NCBI GenBank assembly: GCA_039208735.1
Contig: JBCCQY010000005.1
Span: 1-64,000 of the forward strand
Reading direction: 5' to 3'
Length of the DNA stretch: 64,000 nucleotides
Source: Myxococcota bacterium
Lineage (GTDB): Bacteria; Myxococcota_A; UBA796; GCA-2862545
Under the pieces are notes generated by a model. The model ran no database searches and had not been told where the DNA came from. It saw only the letters and a list, made by a program, of their open reading frames with translations. Shown here one piece after another: positions 47,774 to 54,954 of this stretch (the stretch's first letter is position 1; each line of letters starts with the position of its first letter). The translations under genes and the position numbers were made by a program.

Positions 47774-48715
47774 CTACGCCGCGAGGTCGACGGACCGAAG
47801 CTCGCGTTCAATCAGCGCAGCCAGGGCGCCCATCCCCGACAGCCCGTGCTGGGCTTCGACATCGCCGTTGTAGTTGGTCGTGCCGTTGATGTCGTAGGTG
47901 TAGCGGACCCGGTTGGCGTCTTCGACGAACTCGATGCCCGCCAGGTCCAAGCCGTTGTTTCGCATGAGTTCGATGTACGACTGCACGAGCGGATCGTCGG
48001 CCGTGATTTCGCTACGAAGGCTGAATTTGCCCGTGTCTCCGACGGGGCAGAACTCATCGTCGATGGCGCAGGCGTCGGCCGGGCAAAGCTCGAAGCCGTC
48101 TTCCGTGCTCGACCGCAGCGCGTACTGGAACACGCCATCAACGATCTCGATGCGGGTGATGAAGGCCTCAGCGGGCGTGACGTACTGCTGGAGGAGCGTG
48201 ACGCCATCGGGGCCTTCGATGAAGTCTGGGCCGTCGACATAGGCATCGAACGCCGCGAGGTCCCGGAAGAGCTTTACGCCAAGGCCCTTTCCGCCCTGGT
48301 TGTCCTTTGTGATGAAGGGCAGGGGGAAGTTGCGGGCCGCCGCCTTGAGGGGTTCGGGACCGCCTACGACGGCTACGGTGCGCGGTGAACGAATGCCCGC
48401 GCGGCGAAGGGCCAGGTCCTGGGCGACTTTGCTCACCTCGAGCGCGAACGCCTGGCTTCCATTGATCACCCGACGGCCGTGGTGCTCCAGGTACGTCAGG
48501 TACTGCTGCAGGAAGCGAACGCCTCCCTGGTGGCCACGGGTATGGGCCGAGGGACTCATGCGATTGAGGAAGATGCCTTCTGGCGGTGGGACCGACAGGT
48601 CGATGTGGCCGCCCGTCACGCGGTGCTCTTCCCAAGTCACACCGCGCGCGGAAAGGGCGGTGCGAAGCGGAGGCATCCAATCTTCATTTTCGAACAGCAC
48701 ATGGAGAACAGACAT
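47774..48715 (-). CDS. RimK/glutathione-synthetase-like ATP-grasp ligase
   Basis: NRMSPSAHTRGH, VING...LEVSK, TKDNQGGKGLGV, LLQQYV, GIEF, YDINGTTNYN; Cys motif ELCPADAC..FCP; GGGAG RBS. Confidence 0.85.
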   Translation of the reverse strand: MSVLHVLFENEDWMPPLRTALSARGVTWEEHRVTGGHIDLSVPPPEGIFLNRMSPSAHTRGHQGGVRFLQQYLTYLEHHGRRVINGSQAFALEVSKVAQDLALRRAGIRSPRTVAVVGGPEPLKAAARNFPLPFITKDNQGGKGLGVKLFRDLAAFDAYVDGPDFIEGPDGVTLLQQYVTPAEAFITRIEIVDGVFQYALRSSTEDGFELCPADACAIDDEFCPVGDTGKFSLRSEITADDPLVQSYIELMRNNGLDLAGIEFVEDANRVRYTYDINGTTNYNGDVEAQHGLSGMGALAALIERELRSVDLAA

Positions 48716-48824
48716 CGGCGACTCCCGCAGGGGCCTGCCGAAGGTTCTCTACTCCCGTCAGCAGGCTACACCTGCCGTGACGAGTTGAGGCTTGGTTCGT
48801 TTCGCTAGCCCACGCCGTCACGGC
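48716..48824 (-). promoter_or_regulatory. Putative attenuator with alternative RNA pairings
   Basis: mRNA segments 1 GCCGUGACG (48824-48816), 2 CGUCACGGCAGG (48782-48771), 3 CCUGCUGACG (48765-48756) and 4 UCGGCAGG (48741-48734) allow 1:2, 2:3 and 3:4 pairing; segment 4 can also pair with CUGC next to the SD. Confidence 0.65.
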
Positions 48825-48879
48825 CGCTGGAACAACAGCAGCAACAACAACAAGTGGCGGTGGCGACGAAGCGATTCAT
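48805..48879 (-). CDS. Poly-cysteine leader peptide MNRFVATATCCCCCCCSSGRDGVG
   Basis: ATG 48879 to TAG 48805; seven consecutive Cys codons TGT TGT TGT TGC TGC TGT TGT (48852-48832); same strand as, and 89 nt upstream of, the ATP-grasp gene. Confidence 0.8.
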   Translation of the reverse strand: MNRFVATATCCCCCCCSSGRDGVG

Positions 48880-48891
48880 GTGAGTGGCGAC

Positions 48892-48920
48892 GTCGTATCG
48901 ACGGCGACTGGAAATGGCAA
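48892..48920 (-). promoter_or_regulatory. Possible sigma70-type promoter for the leader
   Basis: TTGCCA-17 nt-TACGAC, ending 12 nt before the leader ATG; the -10 match is weak. Confidence 0.35.
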
Positions 48921-48955
48921 CCGACCCGACGCGGACGTCGCTACTCAGCACGTCA

Positions 48956-49834
48956 TCAGCCCTCGGAGTCGGTCTCGAGCCAGGCCATACCCGTCGGATT
49001 GGTATCTGTGGCGTTGTTTTCCATCGACTGCAGCACGCCGCCGCCGACGTCTTCGATGGTCATGTCGATGAGGGGCTTCAGCACGAAGGGGGCCGTGCTG
49101 TCGTCGGGCACGGGTTCCACCGAGATGACGGCTGTGAGGCCCACGAGATCAAGTTCGGGCTCCACGAAGTCCTGACCGGGGAACGGAGGCGTGTCGTCCG
49201 GTCCCGCCGCGGGGCCACCGGCATCCGAGTCCGCCCCTTCGCCCGAGGCGAAGGTACCCGTCGAGATCGGACCGTCGCTCGTGACAACCCAGCCTTCGTA
49301 GACCCAGCCTTCGGGAAGGGTCGGCAGGTCGGCCGAGGCCGCGGGGCCAGCCGGGTCGAGGAACCAGATGCCGAGCGAGAAGTCGTCCATGATCATACTG
49401 GTCGACGGCGTTTCGAGGATGAAGTCAGCCGTCGCGTCGGTCAGATCGGTGCCCAACGCGGCGGGATGCGCGATCGACAGCGATGCGGTGTCGTCCTCAC
49501 CGAAGTCTCCGCCCAGCAGCTTGACCGCGGAGGGCGCGGGATCGTCGCCCTGTTCGGGCTCGATCGACAACACGTACGCTTCGAGGCCGGCCACCTGGTC
49601 GGCGGTCAGGTCGAACGCATCGAGGCTGGCCGTTCCGTCGGAGCCCACCGAGAAGCGGCCCGTCGAGACCGGGGATCCATCAACGATGGCCCAGGCTTCG
49701 TAGACGAATCCAGTTCCTAGCGGCTCGAGGCCTTCGAGCTGCCAGCGCAGCGTCGCGCCGTCATTGGTCTCGGTCGCGGGGTCGCCACAGGCCGCAAGCG
49801 CCAACAACCCAAGCATCGAAAAGCGCGTCATCAT
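48956..49834 (-). CDS. Lipoprotein with internally duplicated domain (family often labelled 'anti-sigma factor')
   Basis: Lipobox LAAC; repeats LEPL..GFVYEAW.IVDG.PVSTGRF / LPTLPEGWVYEGWVV..DGPISTGTF; SIEP/SVEP..DD. Confidence 0.7.
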   Translation of the reverse strand: MMTRFSMLGLLALAACGDPATETNDGATLRWQLEGLEPLGTGFVYEAWAIVDGSPVSTGRFSVGSDGTASLDAFDLTADQVAGLEAYVLSIEPEQGDDPAPSAVKLLGGDFGEDDTASLSIAHPAALGTDLTDATADFILETPSTSMIMDDFSLGIWFLDPAGPAASADLPTLPEGWVYEGWVVTSDGPISTGTFASGEGADSDAGGPAAGPDDTPPFPGQDFVEPELDLVGLTAVISVEPVPDDSTAPFVLKPLIDMTIEDVGGGVLQSMENNATDTNPTGMAWLETDSEG

Positions 49835-49901
49835 CGTACCTCCTGGCTCTTCAATCGCTTTGGTCGGCTCTGAAGTCCAACGAGATAATCTGACCCTACT
49901 G

Positions 49902-49916
49902 TTTAGAAATTTTAAA
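49902..49916. promoter_or_regulatory. LysR-type T-N11-A dyad site between divergent genes
   Basis: TTTA-GAAATTT-TAAA, an AT-rich dyad 22 nt upstream of the LysR start. Confidence 0.55.
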
Positions 49917-49938
49917 TGGTTTGAGAAAGGGTTGGACG

Positions 49939-50832
49939 ATGGAACATCTTCGGCGAGTGAGCCAGCTGTGGAATTGGCTACCGGCGTTTCGAGCTGTGGC
50001 CGAAACCGAGCATCTGCCTACAGCATCGAAGGGACTGCATGTCACGCCGGCCGCCTTGTCACGCACCGTGCGACTGCTCGAGGATGACTTGGGGCATCCG
50101 CTGTTCACGCGCCGAGGCCGACGCCTGCTTCTCAATGACGACGGGCGGATCTTCGTGAGCGCGGTGCGGTCGGCGATGCGGCTTGTGCACGACGCCATGG
50201 AGCAGCTTGGGCGATCGACCTTGGCCGGACCGGTACGGGTCGCGGCAGGTGGCGTGTCGCAGGTGTTTGCCCGACGGGCGCTTGGGGAGGTCCGACGCCG
50301 CCATCCGGCGCTGGTCCCCCACATGCTCACCCCACGGCCGAGCACCACCTCGGGCGATCTACGTCAGGGAAACCTCGATCTCGTTGTGTCCAGCTTCATC
50401 GTGCGTGACGACGGGATCGAGACGGAACTGCTGGGGCACGACACGAACGGGGTGTACTGCGGGATCGGCCATCCCCTTCACGGAACAGACGCTTCGCTCG
50501 ACACCATCCTTGAGCATCCGTTTGCGGCTCCGCCGGCCGATGCGGCAGGGGTCACGCCCGAAGGGTGGCCACCGGAGGTTCCCCGCATCGTGGGCATGGT
50601 CCTCGACCGCATTTCCGCCGGAGTGGAGGTGTGCGCGATGGGGGATCTGCTCGCGGTCCTGCCCGATGCCCTGGCCAGGACAGACCCGCGATTGCAACGA
50701 TTGAACGTCGAGCTGATTCCTCCGACGCCCATCGTTGCGATGTACCGGCCTCACCTGGGGACCAAGGGGCCGGTTGCGGTGGTGCTCGAGTTGCTGCGGT
50801 CCGAGCTTAACGGTTCGACGAACCTGGCGTGA
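49939..50832 (+). CDS. LysR-family transcriptional regulator
   Basis: FRAVAETEHL..AS..LHVTPAALSRTVRLLEDDLG.PLF.R.GR.L; LAGPVRVA; GNLDL. Confidence 0.9.
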   Translation: MEHLRRVSQLWNWLPAFRAVAETEHLPTASKGLHVTPAALSRTVRLLEDDLGHPLFTRRGRRLLLNDDGRIFVSAVRSAMRLVHDAMEQLGRSTLAGPVRVAAGGVSQVFARRALGEVRRRHPALVPHMLTPRPSTTSGDLRQGNLDLVVSSFIVRDDGIETELLGHDTNGVYCGIGHPLHGTDASLDTILEHPFAAPPADAAGVTPEGWPPEVPRIVGMVLDRISAGVEVCAMGDLLAVLPDALARTDPRLQRLNVELIPPTPIVAMYRPHLGTKGPVAVVLELLRSELNGSTNLA

Positions 50833-51217
50833 CCATGGGCAGCCGTTGCCAGTTCGGGGCTGCATCGGGTAGCCGACCGTAGCCTTCTTCCGGCGTCATG
50901 GCAGGGAACATCACCACGTCGACGACCCGGTCGTCGGGGTCGATGAGCGTGAGTTCACCGCCGTCGTCGGAAAGCGCAAGGTCCGACAGCACGGCGAACG
51001 CGCCGGCGTCGAGGGCGGTGTCTTCGAACGACATCGGTTCACCGTCGACTTCGACCGTCCAGCCCGCCAGACTCATCGGCTTGTCGGTGACGTTCATGAC
51101 TTCGACCCAGTCGGCGTCGGACTGAGCGGATGCGATTTCGTTGATGCCGACCTGATCGATGGCATCGTCGGTCGTACAGGCCGCCAGCGCGGCGAGCCAG
51201 ACCAGGCGTGAGTTCAT
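50807..51217 (-). CDS. Lamin-tail-domain lipoprotein
   Basis: Lipobox LAAC; INEI...DWVE..N...SLAGW...LSDDG..L.L, YGRLPD, TPGSSN. Confidence 0.8.
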   Translation of the reverse strand: MNSRLVWLAALAACTTDDAIDQVGINEIASAQSDADWVEVMNVTDKPMSLAGWTVEVDGEPMSFEDTALDAGAFAVLSDLALSDDGGELTLIDPDDRVVDVVMFPAMTPEEGYGRLPDAAPNWQRLPMVTPGSSNR

Positions 51218-51244
51218 CGGGCCTCCCGTGCGAATCTACCCCGC

Positions 51245-51715
51245 TCACCCATTGAACCACCAAATCCATGCGTTGAGGGTCCAAGCGAGGGTTACCCAGG
51301 CTAGGTACGGAGCGAGCAGCGCCGCGGCAAGGCCGCTACGGCTTCTAAAGGTCACGATCGTCGCTACGATCGCGGCCCAAAGGGCGGTGATGACGACCAG
51401 GGCAAGACCGGTCTGTTGCCACGCGAAAAAGATCGGCGACCATGCTGCATTGAACGCGAGTTGAAGTCCCCAGAAGCCGAGGGCAGACCCGGGGTTTTCC
51501 GTTCGTGCGATCAGCCATGCAGACACCGCCATCAGCGTGTAGAGCGTCGTCCAGATGGGGCCGAACGCCCAATTGGGAGGTGTCCAAGGCGGCTTGTCGA
51601 GCGTGGGGTACCACTCTCGGATCCCTTCGGCCGTGGACACGCCACCAATGGCCGCCACCGCGAAGCAAAGGACGAGCAGACCAACGAGGAGCGCGATGGA
51701 GCGGGCGCGAGGCAT
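51245..51715 (-). CDS. tspO: TspO/MBR tryptophan-rich sensory protein
   Basis: WYPTLDKPPWTPPNWAFGPIWTTLY, QLAFNAAWSPIFF, PYLAWV..A..LN. Confidence 0.92.
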   Translation of the reverse strand: MPRARSIALLVGLLVLCFAVAAIGGVSTAEGIREWYPTLDKPPWTPPNWAFGPIWTTLYTLMAVSAWLIARTENPGSALGFWGLQLAFNAAWSPIFFAWQQTGLALVVITALWAAIVATIVTFRSRSGLAAALLAPYLAWVTLAWTLNAWIWWFNG

Positions 51716-51801
51716 GGCTTTCTCCGGGATGGGAGCGTAAGCGACCGCATAAGGTTTTCTGCGAGGGAAATTTGGGGAAATCGGAGGCGCGCGTAGCGCT
51801 G

Positions 51802-52860
51802 ATGCGGTCAAGCCGGATGTTTCGAGGCGATTTACGCCCCAGTCCGGCGGAACTATTGCGGGATGCCGCAGCGTGGTGCGAGGCCCATGACGTCACGTGG
51901 GATGCGTACGGCACAGGCAAGGCGCTGCAGGCGTTCGAGGCCCGTGTCGCCCAGCTGTTGGGGTACCCGGCCGCCCGCTTCATGCCGAGCGGCACCATGG
52001 CACAGACCGTGGCGTTGCGCATTTGGTGTGAACGAAAGGGAATTCGTACGTTTGGCATGCACCCGACGTCCCACGTGGAGCTGCATGAGGAGCGGGCCTA
52101 CGGTCACGTCCATCAGCTGCACGCGACGCTCGTGGGGCCCCAAGACCGCCCGCTGGTCGCCAAGCACTTGCGAGCGGTGACGGAGCCGCTCGGGGCGCTG
52201 TTGACCGAATTGCCCATTCGGGAGGCCGCAGGGCAGTTGCCGACGTGGGAGGAGCTGCAGGCCCTCAAGGACCTTGCGGCAGCGCGCAACCTTCCTTTAC
52301 ACCTCGATGGGGCTCGCCTTTGGTGCTGCGGAGTGGCTTACGAACGCCCCCTACACGAGATTACCGCAGGATTTTCGAGCTGCTACGTCTCGTTCTACAA
52401 GAGCGTCGGCGCGCTGCCCGGCGCCATGCTGTTGGGGCCTGAAGACTTCATTGCCGAGGCGCATTTGTGGCAGCGACGATTGGGCGGAAACTTGTACTCC
52501 TTCGCGCCAAATGTGGCGACTGCGGCCCTGCGGCTCGATGCGGCGCTGGCGTCGATGCCGGCTCGGCTTGCCGGCGCCAAGGCCATTGTGGCCGCGTTGG
52601 CGGATCTGCCTGGGTTGACCCCATTTCCCAGTCCGCCCCACACCCATCTGTTCCACATGCTGATCGACCGGTCGCCGGAGCAAGCCTACGAAGCCCGCGA
52701 TCGCGTCGCCGAGGAGCTTGGCATTTGGCTGTTTCGGGGCGTGTCACCGGGTCCTGTGCCGGGGACCTCCCGATTTGAGGTCTCCGTGGGGAGCGCCACC
52801 TTGAGCCTCGAGGTGGCCGAGATTCGTCAGGCCTTCGAGCGCTTCATGGCCTTTGGCTAA
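51802..52860 (+). CDS. Low-specificity L-threonine aldolase (PLP)
   Basis: D.YG.G, FMPSGTMAQ, ELP.RE..G.LP, LHLDGARLW, YVSFYK. Confidence 0.88.
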   Translation: MRSSRMFRGDLRPSPAELLRDAAAWCEAHDVTWDAYGTGKALQAFEARVAQLLGYPAARFMPSGTMAQTVALRIWCERKGIRTFGMHPTSHVELHEERAYGHVHQLHATLVGPQDRPLVAKHLRAVTEPLGALLTELPIREAAGQLPTWEELQALKDLAAARNLPLHLDGARLWCCGVAYERPLHEITAGFSSCYVSFYKSVGALPGAMLLGPEDFIAEAHLWQRRLGGNLYSFAPNVATAALRLDAALASMPARLAGAKAIVAALADLPGLTPFPSPPHTHLFHMLIDRSPEQAYEARDRVAEELGIWLFRGVSPGPVPGTSRFEVSVGSATLSLEVAEIRQAFERFMAFG

Positions 52861-52861
52861 A

Positions 52862-53551
52862 CTAAACCCCGATGAACAGCTTCTCGATGCACACATCTTG
52901 GGCGTTGCTCAGACGGCCCGTGGCCGCGGTCATGCCCCAGTAGACCGTGGACTGGCCACCGAACGTGCGCATGACCGCCTCCGCGGAGTACGCCGCTCGC
53001 AGCTTGTTGTCGAGGTAGACCTGAAGTTTTCCGCCGGGCTTCCACGTGATGCGAAGGGGATGCCGCTGGCCGTCTTCGAGGTTCCCGACTTCGACCGGAG
53101 GGGTGCCCGATCCGCCGCCGTGGAACGACTCGCCGTTCGACATCAGGGCCACGTGGTCCAGAAACGGGTCGTCCAGGTGGAAGTTCTGGTAGGTGTCGAG
53201 CTCGATTCCCACCGAAGGAACCAGGCCCGCAAACCCCATGCCCTCGCCTCGGAAACCGGTTTGCGGCGTGGGATGGAACACGAAGACGATGCCATCCGCT
53301 CCTTCGACGTCCTTTTTGCCGAGCACCACGTCCAGACGCATCTCAAACGACTGCTTGAGGTCGATGGCCTGATTGAACCAGGCCGAACCGCTCGTGTAGG
53401 GCTGGTCGGGGGTGAGGCGGATGCACTCCTGACTCAATACGCGTGCGCTTCCGCCAAGCTTGAAGTCTTGGATGCTGCTTTGCGCGTTGGCCAGCCCAGG
53501 GGTGAGCAGAGCGACTACCAAACCGGGGAACAGCCATCGGCGAGCGTGCAT
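52862..53551 (-). CDS. Secreted legume-like (L-type) lectin domain protein
   Basis: RLTPD...SGSAW, GADGIVFVF, GIELDTYQN, VYWGMTAATG..SN.Q. Confidence 0.85.
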   Translation of the reverse strand: MHARRWLFPGLVVALLTPGLANAQSSIQDFKLGGSARVLSQECIRLTPDQPYTSGSAWFNQAIDLKQSFEMRLDVVLGKKDVEGADGIVFVFHPTPQTGFRGEGMGFAGLVPSVGIELDTYQNFHLDDPFLDHVALMSNGESFHGGGSGTPPVEVGNLEDGQRHPLRITWKPGGKLQVYLDNKLRAAYSAEAVMRTFGGQSTVYWGMTAATGRLSNAQDVCIEKLFIGV

Positions 53552-53696
53552 CGCAACTCCCTTGCGTCGGGTCCCAGACCCAATCTTGTCCCTACCATTC
53601 CCCGGTCCGGTCCGGGTCGTTCGACGAACCTACGCCTCCACACTCCCCAACTCCCGTGGACATGAGGATCGTCTTCGTCTGAGACATGCATCTCGA

Positions 53697-54872
53697 TCAC
53701 TCCGTGACGGAGACGTAGGGCTCGGTGTCTTGGTCGCCGACGTGCAGTCGGTTGCCAAACGCCGCTTCGAGTTCGCTCGTCGCGTCTTGCACGGCGTTGT
53801 CGTTGATGTCCAAGCGGACCAACTCAGGAAACGCCGATCGATGCTCGAGCAAGGTCCGGGCGCCTTCATCGGTCAGGGTGCCGAGCGACAAATCGAGGGT
53901 CCGCAGGCCCTTCGCAACGGGCTGCTTGACCAGCCAGTCGACAAACGCATCGGTGAACTCGCAGTTGCGAACGCCGAGATGCGACACCGTAAGATGAGCG
54001 AGCGCTTCGAGGTCTTCCAGCTCCACGTTCCCGCCGTACGCATCGCTGCTCGTCCACAGCTCGAGATGCTGCATCGGCTTGCCGCGGGCCAGGATTTGGC
54101 GGACGACGTTGCCCAGCACCACTGCGCTTTCGAGGGTGAACGATTCGACGTTATCGGGCAGATCGAGCGCATCGACGTTGCCTTGGACGGTGACCTGAGT
54201 GGCGTTCGGGAAACGCTCGCGAACCAAAGACCAGTCTCCCAACATGGACCAAGAAGCTTCACATTCGTCGGGATAGATAAAGTCCCCGATGCGGAGCGTT
54301 CGGACGGTGGGGTAGGTCCCGTCAAGCTTTACATCTTGAAGGTGGCTGCCGGCGAACGTGAGGTCGCGAAGCACCCAACACGAACGGTGATTGAGAAACG
54401 CCGAAATCGTTTCGGGTGGGGGGCCCGGTTGCCCGTTGTCGCCGACGCGAGGCCGAATCCACAGTCGCTCGACGAACCCGTAGCGCCACCCGATGACGAC
54501 GCCGCGGGTCTCGGGTTCCTTGCTGTGCCAGGTGTCGCCGGCGAGGCGTTTCAGCGGATGGGCGGGGCCAACGTCGACGTGACCTTCATCGCGGAGGGGC
54601 CCATAGAAGCGATGGGTATGCGCGACGAGCATCTCGACGGGTATCTTACCCTCACGCATGGCAAGGATGAAGTGCCCACGGGGATCGTCTTGCTCGAGCA
54701 GCCAATCTGCGAGAACCTGGTAGCATCCAGGGTCGTCTGGCTGGGCACGCAAAGCGGCAAACATCTCTGGATGGAAGGCGGATTCGGGCTCGGGCTCGAC
54801 CACGGCCGGGGCTTCTTCTGTGGGGGGGCCGCCTCCTCCGAACAACCGCTGGATCCATCGTGACCATGCCAT
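53697..54872 (-). CDS. TIGR02996 + leucine-rich repeat (STM4015-like) protein
   Basis: PDDP...QVLADWLLEQDDPRG.FI; WRYGFV; ECEASW; LELW...YGG; LRTLDLSLGTLTDEGA; YVSVTE end. Confidence 0.8.
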   Translation of the reverse strand: MAWSRWIQRLFGGGGPPTEEAPAVVEPEPESAFHPEMFAALRAQPDDPGCYQVLADWLLEQDDPRGHFILAMREGKIPVEMLVAHTHRFYGPLRDEGHVDVGPAHPLKRLAGDTWHSKEPETRGVVIGWRYGFVERLWIRPRVGDNGQPGPPPETISAFLNHRSCWVLRDLTFAGSHLQDVKLDGTYPTVRTLRIGDFIYPDECEASWSMLGDWSLVRERFPNATQVTVQGNVDALDLPDNVESFTLESAVVLGNVVRQILARGKPMQHLELWTSSDAYGGNVELEDLEALAHLTVSHLGVRNCEFTDAFVDWLVKQPVAKGLRTLDLSLGTLTDEGARTLLEHRSAFPELVRLDINDNAVQDATSELEAAFGNRLHVGDQDTEPYVSVTE

Positions 54873-54954
54873 CGCTTCGCCTCCGCGCCCTCCCGTAGCG
54901 CATCGAGACCGGTTGGCGAGGTTGGGGCTGTACTCCGCGGCTCGGGAGCCGTCA

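Noticed and set aside
48831..48853. (ACA/GCA)n tract as a simple microsatellite or a plus-strand poly-Asn/Gln ORF
   Set aside because: Variation falls only at the position that is synonymous for Cys on the minus strand, inside a start-to-stop ORF oriented toward the downstream gene.
48805..48879. Leader peptide as a graspetide precursor for the ATP-grasp enzyme
   Set aside because: No PFFxxFL-type leader or TxKxPSD-type core, and only one acidic residue; attenuation fits better.
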